Source of the DNA: Candidatus Uhrbacteria bacterium
Lineage (GTDB): Bacteria; Patescibacteriota; Patescibacteriia; UBA9934; GWF2-40-263
Assembly (NCBI GenBank): GCA_016188425.1
Contig: JACPHX010000016.1
Span: 22,161 to 86,160 of the forward strand
Direction: 5' to 3'
DNA: 64,000 nucleotides
Each line of letters starts with the position of its first letter. Position 1 is the stretch's first letter. Of the stretch, positions 1 through 10,058 are shown one piece after another. Made by a program: the position numbers and the translations under genes. The notes beneath the pieces are model-generated. The model was not told where the DNA came from. It ran no database searches and was given only the letters and a program-made list of their open reading frames with translations.

Positions 1-344
1 AGAAAAACTGAAATCGTCTAATTTGAGGGAAAAATCATAGATGATGTTGAACGACATTCCTGTTCATCTACAAGATATCCACAGATATAAAATCCGCTCG
101 CATGCTGCGAAATACTGACATGGTTTAAACGCAGAGCATCGAATGACTATAGATGAGCGCGAGGAGAGAGATTTTTCTTGCCTTGTGGGCAAGAGACGCT
201 CGTTACAATCACCCGATACGAACCATGCGGCATCCCGCAGCGTGCCAACGGATATTACAGACAAAGTTTACGGGGATATTTTGAATCGAACAAGAGGGGA
301 AAAAAGGTGCCGGATATGCCCCCCCGCATACCCGGCTACGACGA

Positions 345-1280
345 TTACATAGTTACGGTCGCCTGCAAACGGCGTTCCGTATCCGGTTCCGGCCGTGGAG
401 ATTTCTCGGCTGCCAAGGCGGCCAAGTGGACTCGCGAGGGCGACGGTTTGTATCCGCTGGGAGGCCGCCACGTGAGGATGCTTTGGCGTTCCCCCTCTTG
501 CTGCTCGGGCCACACTTTTTCGTCGCGGTCGCTTTCCAGGACATGGATCCTGGAAAAAATCCTCTCCTGGAAACAGCGGGCCGAAAATCCCACCTGCCCC
601 TCACGAGCCTCTGCCATCTCGAGATTGAAACGGCTTGCCTCCAAGAGGGACTGCTCCGACCATCGCTTTTGCTCTGGCCAAAACTCGATCCACACCGATC
701 GACGAAACGCCCGATCCAAAGAAAGGATCGCTGCCGTTTCATCCCACATCGAGACACCCGCCCACACTTTCCATAACCCGATCGCACGAACGGGCTTCCG
801 AGGCGAGGGGACGAGACCATCCCTTCGTTGGCATGCCACCCGCACGACGGCCGGCCCTTGAGGCCAACGGGTCGTGTCGGGAAACGAAACCACGGGGGAA
901 GATACCATGCCAGCGGGAAGCATCGTGCCGTCTTGCACGCGCATTTCCCGCGCCGAAGAAATCAATGGCTCCCGCTTCGCGGGCAAGTACTCGAACTGGT
1001 CCCTCCACTCGGGCGGGGAGAGGAGCGACCACGGGTTGAGATCCGCTGGCAGCTTCCCCAAACGCTGAAGGAATGCTGGCAGGGATTGGAACTTCCCCGG
1101 GCCTCCCGGACGCCCCTTCACGCACCAAAAGCACCGAACGTATGGCTCCCAAGAACCAACGTGGTTCTCTCCCGTGAGGTACAAGCTGGCAAAACCAACG
1201 TGCTCGGATCGCCGGAGCGGCCACCCGATCGGCCACTCCAAAGAGCAGCCACCACATCGAACCATCTCGCTTTTCTTCAT
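345..1280 (-). CDS. Hypothetical protein (~311 aa) with N-terminal CxxC...CxxC (possible Zn ribbon)
   Basis: Part of ORF 345..1478. Start moved to ATG 1280 (MKKSEMVRCGGC...RCFWC), which has AGGAG upstream. Hairpin plus U-run downstream at ~300-340. Confidence 0.5.
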   Translation of the reverse strand: MKKSEMVRCGGCSLEWPIGWPLRRSEHVGFASLYLTGENHVGSWEPYVRCFWCVKGRPGGPGKFQSLPAFLQRLGKLPADLNPWSLLSPPEWRDQFEYLPAKREPLISSAREMRVQDGTMLPAGMVSSPVVSFPDTTRWPQGPAVVRVACQRRDGLVPSPRKPVRAIGLWKVWAGVSMWDETAAILSLDRAFRRSVWIEFWPEQKRWSEQSLLEASRFNLEMAEAREGQVGFSARCFQERIFSRIHVLESDRDEKVWPEQQEGERQSILTWRPPSGYKPSPSRVHLAALAAEKSPRPEPDTERRLQATVTM

Positions 1281-1448
1281 TTGGTTGGTGTCTCCTACTT
1301 CCACCACCCTGCTACCGTCTACGCCTACGGATGAACAGGGACCATGAGCAACGCGCTCTTCTCTACTTCCGCCTACGCCTGCGGAAGGGGCGAAGATACC
1401 ATGTTCAAACCTATTCGTCAAGCCAAAATCTTGGTAAAATGGAGACAT

Positions 1449-3671
1449 ATGGCTCGACGAAAAAAGCAAAAAGAACAAGAAGATCTTGAACTATCCTTCT
1501 CCTCCACTGGTTTACACCCTGATACAAGGCGTGGCTTGCTCGCCCTGTGCGCCTTTGCCTTTTGTGCCCTCATCATCCTTTCATTCCTTGGACTGGCGGG
1601 GACTTTTGGCTTGTGGGTCTCCTCTTTTTTGTCTGTACTGTTTGGCATGGATCGCCTGCTGCTCATTCTCCTTTTCCTTGGGATTGGGTTCTCGCTTCTC
1701 TACCCGGAAAAATTCCGCATCTCTGTTATGGGAACCGTGGGAGTACTGCTTTTTTTCTTGAGTTTCAATGCCCTGCTGAATCTCCTCTTCCAAGACCAAA
1801 CGGCAGGCGGCCATGTCGGCTCCCTCCTTTCCACGAGTTTGCCCCACGCCCTAAGTTATTGGGGAAGCATCGTCATGTTGCTCTTCTCCACGCTGGCGGG
1901 AATCCTGCTTCTCTTCAACAAGCCGCTGCGCCATTTGTTTGTCCTCCCTTCACGCTCCCGTACGCAGGCTGCTGTATCCGACCCATTCCTTTCCACTGAT
2001 TCTGAATCCCCTTTTGATATTAAACTTACAGAGGACATAGAGGAGGAACCAACCCAATTGGATGAACCAATAGAACCAGAAGCGGAAACGGAACCGGAAG
2101 AAGAGGAACAGGAGGAGGAAAAAGTCCTAACCTCCAAACACCAACGAAAAGTGACGATTCCCCCCGATATTCTCGATTATCGCTCCAGTATTGCCAAATC
2201 CGGTGACTTGGAGCGGAACAGGCAAATCATTGGGAAAACGTTTTCCCAATTCGGTATCGATGTGGAGATGGGAGAGGAGTCGGTGGGGCCTACCGTGACC
2301 CAATTCACCCTGCGGCCTGCCCAAGGGGTAAAACTTTCTCGGATTGTCGGGCTTCAAAACGATTTGGCTCTGGCCCTCGCCGCCCACCCGATCCGCATTG
2401 AAGCCCCTATCCCGGGAAAGTCCTTGGTGGGAATTGAAATCCCCAACAAAACCGCCGCCACCGTCTCGCTGCGAGACATCATAGAGGCACGAGAATTCAC
2501 GCAACGAAAAACCGACCTCACTTTTGCCCTTGGCAAGGATGTCTCGGGTAAACCCTGGGTGGTCCCTCTGGAAAAAATGCCCCACATACTCGTCGCAGGT
2601 GCGACCGGTTCAGGAAAGAGCGTCTGCCTCAATAGCATCATCATCTCATTCCTGTACGCCAACGGACCAGACGATTTGAAATTGATCCTCGTTGACCCCA
2701 AGCGGGTGGAGTTGAACGCTTACGCCGGCATCCCCCACTTGCTTGTCCCGCCGATCATCAAGGCAGAAGACACGGTCAACGCCCTTAAATGGACGGTGCG
2801 CGAGATGGAACGCCGCCTGGACACGCTCTCAAAATTCGGGACGCGCGACATTGCTTCTTATAACAGCAAGAGCGAGGAGAAGATGCCGAAAATCGTCGTG
2901 ATCATCGATGAGCTGGCTGACCTTATGGCCGTCAGCGGACGGGAAGTGGAAGCGACGATCACCCGTATCGCCCAAATGTCGCGTGCGGTGGGTATCCACC
3001 TCGTGCTCGCGACCCAACGCCCGTCGGTAGACGTCATTACCGGCGTCATCAAAGCGAACATCCCCGCACGCATCGCCTTTGCCGTGGCCTCCCAGGTAGA
3101 TTCGAGAACCATCTTAGATTGCTCTGGTGCCGAAAAACTCCTTGGCCGCGGGGACATGCTCTTTAGCTCTGCGGAACTCTCAAAACCAAAACGTATCCAG
3201 GGTGCCTATGTTTCCGAGGAAGAGGTCGGTCGCGTGGTAGACTTTCTCAAAAAGCAAGGCGCTCCTGACTACAACTACAGCGTCACAGAAGTCGCACGTT
3301 CTTCCACCGTCATGGGCGACGACGGTGAGGCAGAGGATCCCCTCTTTGAAGAAGCTGTTGAAGCGATCCTCCAAGCCCAAAAAGCATCAACTTCTTTCCT
3401 TCAACGACGCCTGCGCATCGGCTATTCGCGTGCGGCCCGTCTTATTGATCTCCTTGAGGACCAGGGGGTCATTGGCGCGGGAGAGGGAGCAAAACCCCGC
3501 GAGGTGATCGTTGACAGTTGGCCGCCGGAAAAGGAAGCGGCACCAGCGAAGACCCAAAAGGCAACCCCACCCGGCCTCCCCTTTGCAGGGGAGGGGTTTG
3601 TGGCAGGGGAGGAGTCTACGAGTACGGGTGAGCGGAAGAAGGGAGTTGATGAGGAAGAGGAGGATGCGTAA
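1449..3671 (+). CDS. ftsK: DNA translocase FtsK/SpoIIIE
   Basis: N-terminal TM helices; Walker A GATGSGKS; IIDELADLM; GIHLVLATQRPSVDV; gamma domain LQRRLRIGYSRAARLID. GGAG precedes ATG 1449. Confidence 0.96.
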   Translation: MARRKKQKEQEDLELSFSSTGLHPDTRRGLLALCAFAFCALIILSFLGLAGTFGLWVSSFLSVLFGMDRLLLILLFLGIGFSLLYPEKFRISVMGTVGVLLFFLSFNALLNLLFQDQTAGGHVGSLLSTSLPHALSYWGSIVMLLFSTLAGILLLFNKPLRHLFVLPSRSRTQAAVSDPFLSTDSESPFDIKLTEDIEEEPTQLDEPIEPEAETEPEEEEQEEEKVLTSKHQRKVTIPPDILDYRSSIAKSGDLERNRQIIGKTFSQFGIDVEMGEESVGPTVTQFTLRPAQGVKLSRIVGLQNDLALALAAHPIRIEAPIPGKSLVGIEIPNKTAATVSLRDIIEAREFTQRKTDLTFALGKDVSGKPWVVPLEKMPHILVAGATGSGKSVCLNSIIISFLYANGPDDLKLILVDPKRVELNAYAGIPHLLVPPIIKAEDTVNALKWTVREMERRLDTLSKFGTRDIASYNSKSEEKMPKIVVIIDELADLMAVSGREVEATITRIAQMSRAVGIHLVLATQRPSVDVITGVIKANIPARIAFAVASQVDSRTILDCSGAEKLLGRGDMLFSSAELSKPKRIQGAYVSEEEVGRVVDFLKKQGAPDYNYSVTEVARSSTVMGDDGEAEDPLFEEAVEAILQAQKASTSFLQRRLRIGYSRAARLIDLLEDQGVIGAGEGAKPREVIVDSWPPEKEAAPAKTQKATPPGLPFAGEGFVAGEESTSTGERKKGVDEEEEDA
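3563..3596 (+). repeat. GC-rich palindromic repeat family B, copy 1 (in frame in the FtsK tail)
   Basis: aaccccacccggcctcccctttgcaggggagggg; similar to copies at 5577, 9661 and 52095. Confidence 0.6.
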
Positions 3672-3683
3672 GATGAAGGGCTT

Positions 3684-4349
3684 ATGGCCTTCCTTATACG
3701 AAAACTTGGCGACCAGGAGCCGCTGGGCTCGCGCTTGCGCACCCTGCGCAAGCTTGCCAACCGTACATTGTCCGAGCTCGAACAAGAGACAAAAATCCCA
3801 AAAAAAATCATCGCCGCCTTTGAAGAAAACGCCTACGACAAGCTCCCGGCTCCGATCTATTCCAGGCATCTGCTCCGCCTCATCGTCCGCACGCTCGGAG
3901 CGGAACCAGTCTATTTCATCGAACGCTTCGACTCGGAGCGTGGCACCAGCGATTTTCTCAAGGAAGCCCGCCTCCCTCTGCTGCGCCGCCGCGCGCGCGA
4001 TTTTTTCGTGCCAGCCAAACTTATCAAAGCCCTCCTCCTCTCTTCCTTGCTGGCCGCCTTCTTTGGCTATCTCGGCCTGGAGGTACGCGCAGCCATCTCT
4101 GCTCCTGTCCTTTCGGTCTACTCCCCAGACGACGGACTCGAGACCAAGGAGGCCCTCGTCCACATCGTCGGCGAAACCGAAACCCGCGCGCATGTGCGCG
4201 TGAACAACCGTCCTGTGCTCCTTTCCCCAGACGGCTCGTTTTCGACCGACGTTTTTCTGCGCCGCGGGGTGAATTTGATCACTATCGAGTCTGCAAAGCG
4301 GTATTCGCGGCCGACACAGGAGTATAGAAGAGTAATTTTTACGCCGTAA
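3684..4349 (+). CDS. RodZ-like HTH membrane protein with C-terminal Ig-like domain
   Basis: XRE HTH (LGSRLRTLR...LSELEQETKI...AFEE...LP); single TM helix; beta-rich C-terminus; lies directly downstream of ftsK. Confidence 0.75.
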   Translation: MAFLIRKLGDQEPLGSRLRTLRKLANRTLSELEQETKIPKKIIAAFEENAYDKLPAPIYSRHLLRLIVRTLGAEPVYFIERFDSERGTSDFLKEARLPLLRRRARDFFVPAKLIKALLLSSLLAAFFGYLGLEVRAAISAPVLSVYSPDDGLETKEALVHIVGETETRAHVRVNNRPVLLSPDGSFSTDVFLRRGVNLITIESAKRYSRPTQEYRRVIFTP

Positions 4350-4393
4350 ACGAAGGGGGAGATACCAACGGGACAGGATCGGACGATGAGTCG

Positions 4394-4436
4394 CTGCTAA
4401 CTCTCGGGGTTAGCAGTGCCAACCCACAGAGTTAGC
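4394..4436. promoter_or_regulatory. Double dyad GCTAAC-N7-GTTAGC upstream of recA (repeat family C)
   Basis: ctGCTAACtctcgggGTTAGCagtGCCAACccacagaGTTAGC; same architecture at 35880-35920. Confidence 0.5.
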
Positions 4437-4514
4437 GCCGCATCTGTGGACGACGCCTGTTGCGGGCTGTATGGGCTCTGCTAAGCTGGGGACACATTTC
4501 TCAAAAGCATACGT

Positions 4515-5561
4515 ATGCCAAAAATATCGGAACAGGACGGACGGTCACGGGCGGCCATGACGGCCATCAGCCAAATCAAGGAACGCTTCGGCGAAGGGTC
4601 GATTATGCGTTTGGGCGAGGCCAAGGCGATGAATATTGAGGCGCTTTCAACAGGATGTCTCTCCATCGACCAAACGCTTGGAATCGGCGGCGTCCCCCGC
4701 GGCCGTATTATTGAAATCTACGGCCCAGAATCATCTGGAAAATCCACGCTCGCCCAGCACATCGTCGCCGAGGCGCAGAAACGAGGCGGTATTGCTGCCT
4801 ATGTCGACGCGGAGCACGCGCTGGACCCGGAATACGCCGCAAAGATAGGCGTGAACATCAACGAACTCTTCATCTCCCAGCCGGATACGGGAGAACAGGC
4901 GCTTGAAATCGTCGAAACGCTCGTCCGCTCCAATGCGGTAGACGTCATCGTCATCGACTCGGTCGCCGCCCTCACGCCAAAGGCGGAAATCGAAGGAGAG
5001 ATGGGTGATTCCCACATGGGTCTCCAAGCCCGATTGATGAGCCAAGCGCTCCGCAAGCTCGCGGCCATCGTCAACAAATCCAAGACGACCGTCCTTTTTA
5101 TAAACCAGATCCGCATGAAAATCGGCGTAGTCTTCGGCAACCCCGAAACCACTCCGGGCGGCACGGCGCTCAAGTTCTACTCCTCCGTCCGTATCGAAAT
5201 CCGTCGCGCCGCCCAGATTAAGCAAGGCGACGCGATCATCGGCAACCGCGTAAAACTTAAGGTCGTTAAAAACAAGGTAGCTCCCCCTTTTCGCACTTGC
5301 GAGTTCGACATTATGTACAACGAGGGCATCTCGATCTCGGGTGACTTGCTCGATTTGGGAACCAGTACTGGTGCCCTCAACAAGAGTGGCAATTCCTATA
5401 GCTTCCAAGACACGAAACTGGGCGTCGGTCGCGAGGCGGCAAAGACGACGCTTCGAGCGGCGCCAGAACTCATGGCAGCCATCCGCAAGGCAATCGAGGG
5501 GAAGATGTTGGCGCCAGTAGTGGCGAACGACAGCGGGGAAAGTGAGGGGGATACGGAGTGA
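4515..5561 (+). CDS. recA: Recombinase RecA
   Basis: GPESSGKST; IDSVAAL; [11 protein letters not shown]; [11 protein letters not shown]; KNKVAPPF. Confidence 0.99.
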   Translation: MPKISEQDGRSRAAMTAISQIKERFGEGSIMRLGEAKAMNIEALSTGCLSIDQTLGIGGVPRGRIIEIYGPESSGKSTLAQHIVAEAQKRGGIAAYVDAEHALDPEYAAKIGVNINELFISQPDTGEQALEIVETLVRSNAVDVIVIDSVAALTPKAEIEGEMGDSHMGLQARLMSQALRKLAAIVNKSKTTVLFINQIRMKIGVVFGNPETTPGGTALKFYSSVRIEIRRAAQIKQGDAIIGNRVKLKVVKNKVAPPFRTCEFDIMYNEGISISGDLLDLGTSTGALNKSGNSYSFQDTKLGVGREAAKTTLRAAPELMAAIRKAIEGKMLAPVVANDSGESEGDTE

Positions 5562-5576
5562 GCACAAACTTCGGGC

Positions 5577-5610
5577 AACCCCACCCTGCCCTCCCCTTGG
5601 CAGGGGGGGG
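5577..5610 (+). repeat. Repeat family B, copy 2 (intergenic, after recA)
   Basis: aaccccaccctgccctccccttggcagggggggg. Confidence 0.6.
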
Positions 5611-5691
5611 TTCTGTGTCGGATTCGACAGCCCAACCTTCTGGAGGAGGGGCTTTTTATGAAAAAACAGACAATCTCTAGGAGACTGCCTG

Positions 5692-7458
5692 TCAGAATTG
5701 TACGACGGGACCGATAGCGGGAAGGCCGGTGACGAGGGAGCCGTTCATACGGGAACCGTTGATGAACAGGGCTACGGAGGACAGATCGTTGGCATGGCCA
5801 ACGCCGCTATCGCCGCCTCCATCCATGTCGAAGGATGGACAGGAGGGACCGGAGGAAGAAACGCAATCTTCCAAGAGGGTGTCTGCTTCCCCTTCTTCCA
5901 GGAGGGTCAATCGTATGAAATCATCCATAAGCCCGCTGATCGAGCCGCTATAGGAGAACGCAAGCGTCCGACATTGCTCTGGCGCCAACTGGATAGAAGG
6001 CGTCGTCGACGATCTCTCGAAATCGAACGCAAGGATATGCACGACTTCCGATGGATCGCATGCATCGTTGGCTACCGTTCCATCCAAGACAAAATGTTCG
6101 CCGTTCACGTAGAACGACACCCCGCTCTGGAGATCCCGCACATGCCATTGGAAGGAGCGCCAGAGCTGATCACACCGATTCCAACCCGTCCCCTCTCCAT
6201 CCGCGGAGTCCAAACGGAACAGGAGGCCGTCTACTCGCACCGGATCCTCGCCCGCGCACATATCCAGCCACAGGATATCGGATCCGCTCCCTACGACCCC
6301 GATGCCCGAGACGGCAGGTGAATTTGGGTTCACGGAAACCATCAGATGCGGCTCGTACAAACCGAACCTGGGAAGAGACACGGTCGCAAATGAGGAGCCA
6401 TCCAGCTCGCGCTTCGAATACTCCGCCTTCACCCGCATCGGATGCGCCGAAGCAGTCGTGAGACGCCACTGAATACCCTGGTAGGCAGGCCCAATCGGGA
6501 TATTGGCGATATCGGCGTAGACCCGGATCACGCCTTCCGTATTGAGCGGGACATACCCGGTAAGCCCAGCGAACACCGCTCGATTCCCTGCGGGAGTCAC
6601 GAACATTCGTTTCGTGACCCCATCCCGATCCTGATACTCCAGCCGAAGCCGCGTCGTCACGGCCGGATCCCCCCACTGCTCCCCTGCATCGGCGCAATCC
6701 CCATCGACATCCTGCACCCCGCTGCCCGTGAGGCAGTTGTGGAAAGACAGGGTGTCGAAGGAAAAAGGCTCGAGCGCGGAGCTCAGGATGATTTCACCCA
6801 GGAACATGCCGCGGGATCCAGGACTAAGCGGGCTCCCCTGCGGGGTACGCGCAGAAGGCAGGAACGTAAGCGTTCCTATCGGAGGCGGTGTCGTGTCGCG
6901 CACGACCAGAACGGTTCGCGCGGCCTCGTCCCCGCCCCCAGGATTCACCGTCACGGCAAACGTATCGTCATCCCAACTTTCGTTGGGAACATCCGCCACG
7001 TTGCAGCGATACTCCGCCTGAATCGCCTTGCGTACGGAAAGCGCCGTCGAAGGAAGCGCAAATGAGGTGTGGCCAGAGGCGCGCAAACGCCCACGAACAT
7101 CCACAGGGCTTCCAAGCCGACCCAGCGGCCACCAGCGCGGCGCGCTGGGAAGCACCAAGTGGCAATCCCCAAACCTCCGTGCGACGGGAATATCCGGCCC
7201 ATCAAAAGACTCATCGTCATCGTCGCCCGAAAGGATGCTCACGGTGAGCTGATCGATGGCTCCGTCGCCCCGCGAGATGTTTTCCAGATCGAACACGAGC
7301 AGCGCGGCATCCTTTTGCCCGCGCCACACCGTCGTCCGCGTCCCAGGAACCACATGCGTCACCCGCAACTGAAAGTGCGAAACCAGAAAGGGGGAGGCGA
7401 CCGCGGCGGTCGCACAGAAAAGCGAAACACCTGCGAAAATCCACCATTTTCGTTGCAT
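5692..7458 (-). CDS. Secreted hypothetical protein (588 aa), probably several beta-sandwich domains
   Basis: Signal peptide MQRKWWIFAGVSLFCATAAVA; long ORF; DVDGDC calcium-loop-like motif. Confidence 0.7.
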   Translation of the reverse strand: MQRKWWIFAGVSLFCATAAVASPFLVSHFQLRVTHVVPGTRTTVWRGQKDAALLVFDLENISRGDGAIDQLTVSILSGDDDDESFDGPDIPVARRFGDCHLVLPSAPRWWPLGRLGSPVDVRGRLRASGHTSFALPSTALSVRKAIQAEYRCNVADVPNESWDDDTFAVTVNPGGGDEAARTVLVVRDTTPPPIGTLTFLPSARTPQGSPLSPGSRGMFLGEIILSSALEPFSFDTLSFHNCLTGSGVQDVDGDCADAGEQWGDPAVTTRLRLEYQDRDGVTKRMFVTPAGNRAVFAGLTGYVPLNTEGVIRVYADIANIPIGPAYQGIQWRLTTASAHPMRVKAEYSKRELDGSSFATVSLPRFGLYEPHLMVSVNPNSPAVSGIGVVGSGSDILWLDMCAGEDPVRVDGLLFRLDSADGEGTGWNRCDQLWRSFQWHVRDLQSGVSFYVNGEHFVLDGTVANDACDPSEVVHILAFDFERSSTTPSIQLAPEQCRTLAFSYSGSISGLMDDFIRLTLLEEGEADTLLEDCVSSSGPSCPSFDMDGGGDSGVGHANDLSSVALFINGSRMNGSLVTGLPAIGPVVQF

Positions 7459-7535
7459 GTAAAGAACTCCTCTCCGAAATAATAGCGCAAGATTGCGCTA
7501 GAAAAACTATAGCTTTTTATGGGGGAGGAGGCAAC

Positions 7536-7563
7536 AAAAAGGCGGGGGCAGGGACCCCGCCTA
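7536..7563 (-). terminator. Intrinsic terminator after efp
   Basis: aaaaaGGCGGGG-gcaggga-CCCCGCC hairpin with a U-run on the minus strand. Confidence 0.7.
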
Positions 7564-7577
7564 TTCTCTATTGGATC

Positions 7578-8144
7578 TTATTCGTTCACGCGTTCGACAT
7601 ATTCACCGTCTTCAGTGTTTACGATGATATGGTCGCCTTGGTTGATAAAAATGGGGACGCGAACGGTAAGCCCATTGTCCATTTTTGCTTCTTTCCGCAC
7701 GTTTCCCGAAGCGGTATCCCCTTTCACGGCCGGTTCGGTCTCGACTACGGCGTAGGTGATCTTCTTGGGAAGCTCGATCGTCAACGGCGTTTCCCCATGG
7801 ATGACCACCGTCACCTCCAACCCTTCTTTGAGGTAGTTCACATCATCGCCAACATCTTCCTTCGTGAGCGAAATCTGTTCATAGTTTTGGGTATCCATGA
7901 ACGTGTACAGAGAGCCGTCTGTGAAAAGATACTGCATCTTTTTGTACATGACATCCTCAAACGCCACGGATTCCGCTGACTTGAACACGTGTTCAACCAC
8001 CTTGCCGGATCGAAGATTTTTGATGCGCGTGCGCACGAACGAGCTCCCTTTGCCGGGGGAGACGCGCTGAAAAGAAATGACGACGTTGAGGTCGCCAGAA
8101 AGGTTGATGACCGTACCTTTTTTGATGTCGTTGGGGGAAGACAT
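7578..8144 (-). CDS. efp: Translation elongation factor P
   Basis: MSSPNDIKKG...VSPGKG...KGDTA...VPIFINQGD...NTEDGEYVER; start ATG 8144. Confidence 0.97.
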   Translation of the reverse strand: MSSPNDIKKGTVINLSGDLNVVISFQRVSPGKGSSFVRTRIKNLRSGKVVEHVFKSAESVAFEDVMYKKMQYLFTDGSLYTFMDTQNYEQISLTKEDVGDDVNYLKEGLEVTVVIHGETPLTIELPKKITYAVVETEPAVKGDTASGNVRKEAKMDNGLTVRVPIFINQGDHIIVNTEDGEYVERVNE

Positions 8145-8171
8145 AGGGGGGTGGAGAATGGAGAATGGGGA

Positions 8172-8207
8172 GTGTCCGGCGGAGCCGGATCCGGCTCCGC
8201 CGGAGAG
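8172..8207. repeat. Repeat family A: 30-bp perfect palindrome, copy 1
   Basis: gtg-TCCGGCGGAGCCGGATCCGGCTCCGCCGGA-gag; 36 bp identical to 15590-15625. Confidence 0.9.
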
Positions 8208-8354
8208 CATGACGGAGGGGGGAGGGAGAGTGGAGGAAAAAAAGACAAAGGGCAAGGGGCGAAGGGCTAAGGTTAAGGGATGGAAAGTTTTTTATTCCGA
8301 TCGGTGGCTTCTTCCACCCTTCGACCTTCGCCCTTTGACCTTCGACCTGTCTCC

Positions 8355-9326
8355 TCATCCTCCTAGGAACAACTTCCTCCCAGGAAACAACAGAACGTCT
8401 TCGATGTCTTTTGTGCCGATCATCATCATATGCAAGCGGTCCAGGCCCATGGCATTGCCAAAGGTCGGTGTTGCCACGGATGGTAGCAATCGCAGGAACT
8501 CTTCGTCAATCGGGAAGACTGTTTTGCCGATGCGACGGCGTTCCTCCGCTTCCTCAAGAAATCTCCGTCGTTGCTCGAGGGCATCGGTAAGCTCGGTGAA
8601 TCCGTTGGAGAGCTCCAGATGATCCATGTACAACTCGACGCGCTCTCCAAAACGTCCGGTCGCGTCCAATCGAGATAGTGACGCTTGATAACGGGGATAG
8701 TCGTAAACGAAAACGGGGTCGCGCGGAAGATTGGGTTCGACGAATTGGAGGAAGAGACGGTAGTACAGGTCGCTTTCGGTGTCGGTGGGGTCGGTATGGA
8801 CGCCAAGCTCGTGGCAGCGGACGGCGAGCTCAGTCGCGCCAGCGGACAATAGGTCTAATTGGACGAATTGGATGAATAACTGGCGGACGGAGAGGCGCTG
8901 GAACGCAGGCCATTCCTTTCCAAAGGCCTTTCCCACTTCCCGGATGAGCCCTTCGGTCTCATCCATCATCGCGTGATGATCCGCTCCCTGCGTGTACCAC
9001 TCCATCATCGTGAACTCATGGTTGTGCGTGTTCCCGAACTCTTCTTCGTTGCGAAATACTTTGGTGATGGAAAAAATCTTTTCCATCCCCTGCCCCAACA
9101 GCTTTTTCATGGAGTACTCCGGGCTGGTCGCGAGCGCTCCGGCAAACCGTTCCTTCTTCTCGTTGATGACCGTTGTCTCAAACGGCACCAAATTCGGTTC
9201 CATCCCCGGACACTTGAGCAGGATCGGCGTCTCGACCTCCGTGTATCCCCTCTCACACAAAAAGGCACGGATCGTTTGCATGATCCGTTGCCTTTCGTTC
9301 GCAATGGTGGCGGCTAAGCGCGCCAT
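8355..9326 (-). CDS. epmA: EF-P lysine aminoacylase EpmA/GenX (LysRS2 catalytic-domain paralog)
   Basis: EVETPIL; TSPEYSMKKLL; VFRNEE...HNHEFTMMEWY; ELSNGFTELTD; GNAMGLDRL. No anticodon-binding domain; adjacent to efp. Confidence 0.92.
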   Translation of the reverse strand: MARLAATIANERQRIMQTIRAFLCERGYTEVETPILLKCPGMEPNLVPFETTVINEKKERFAGALATSPEYSMKKLLGQGMEKIFSITKVFRNEEEFGNTHNHEFTMMEWYTQGADHHAMMDETEGLIREVGKAFGKEWPAFQRLSVRQLFIQFVQLDLLSAGATELAVRCHELGVHTDPTDTESDLYYRLFLQFVEPNLPRDPVFVYDYPRYQASLSRLDATGRFGERVELYMDHLELSNGFTELTDALEQRRRFLEEAEERRRIGKTVFPIDEEFLRLLPSVATPTFGNAMGLDRLHMMMIGTKDIEDVLLFPGRKLFLGG

Positions 9327-9334
9327 GCGCGTGT

Positions 9335-9559
9335 TTAACGTTGAATGAATGGAATCAACGCCATGATGCGCGAACGCTTCACGGCTACGGCGAGTTGGCG
9401 CTGATGCCCCATGCACACCTTGCTGCGCTTGCGCGCGACAATCTTTCCGAAACTCGAAAGGTAGCGGCGCAACAGGCCGACATCCTTATAATCGATTTCT
9501 TCTACTTTATGCAGACAAAAGCCGCAGACGCGCTTTTTGCCGTTGGTTTGTGATTTCAT
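9335..9559 (-). CDS. rpsR: 30S ribosomal protein S18 (Zn-binding C+ type)
   Basis: CGFC...IDYKDVGLLRRYLS..GKI...CMGHQRQLAVAVKRSR.MALIP. Confidence 0.97.
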   Translation of the reverse strand: MKSQTNGKKRVCGFCLHKVEEIDYKDVGLLRRYLSSFGKIVARKRSKVCMGHQRQLAVAVKRSRIMALIPFIQR

Positions 9560-9565
9560 ACGCAG

Positions 9566-10057
9566 TTAAAAAGGAATATCTTCCATGCGAATCTCTTCCG
9601 AGGGCTTGGCAGACGGGTCATCTTTTGGTGGGGCAGGTGGCTTGAATGCGGCCGGGGCTCCCTCCCCCCCGACCCCCCCTCGGGCAGGGGGGGACCCCGC
9701 TCCGGAGACGGGAGCTCCGCCTCCTCCTGGGCGATCTAGGAGAATGACATTGTCAGCGACGATTTCGGTGCGGTAGCGGCGGACGCCATCTTGGCCTTCC
9801 CAATCACGGGTCTGGAGACGCCCTTCTATGTAAACCTTTCGTCCTTTGGTGAGATACTGGCCGCAAATTTCTGCCAGCTTGCCCCAAGCTACGACATTAT
9901 GGAACTCGGTCTGTTCCTGCTTTACCCCCTGCGGATCCGTCCATGCCCGGTTGGTGGCCACCGCAAAACTGCAGACGGATTGTCCAGAGGGGATCTGTTT
10001 GAGCTCCGGGTCGCGCGTGGTATTGCCAAGGAGCGTGGCGCGGTTGAGTGAGTACAT
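9566..10057 (-). CDS. ssb: Single-stranded DNA-binding protein
   Basis: LNRATLLGN..RDPEL; KGRKVYIEGRLQTRDW; C-terminal EDIPF. Confidence 0.98.
   Translation of the reverse strand: MYSLNRATLLGNTTRDPELKQIPSGQSVCSFAVATNRAWTDPQGVKQEQTEFHNVVAWGKLAEICGQYLTKGRKVYIEGRLQTRDWEGQDGVRRYRTEIVADNVILLDRPGGGGAPVSGAGSPPARGGVGGEGAPAAFKPPAPPKDDPSAKPSEEIRMEDIPF
9661..9698. repeat. Repeat family B-like copy in the SSB linker
   Basis: cctccccccc-gaccccccct-cgggcagggggggacccc; encodes GSPPARGGVGGEG. Confidence 0.4.
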
Positions 10058-10058
10058 A

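Noticed and set aside
1-344. Short ORFs at the window start
   Set aside because: No recognisable motifs or convincing start signals; the context is truncated.
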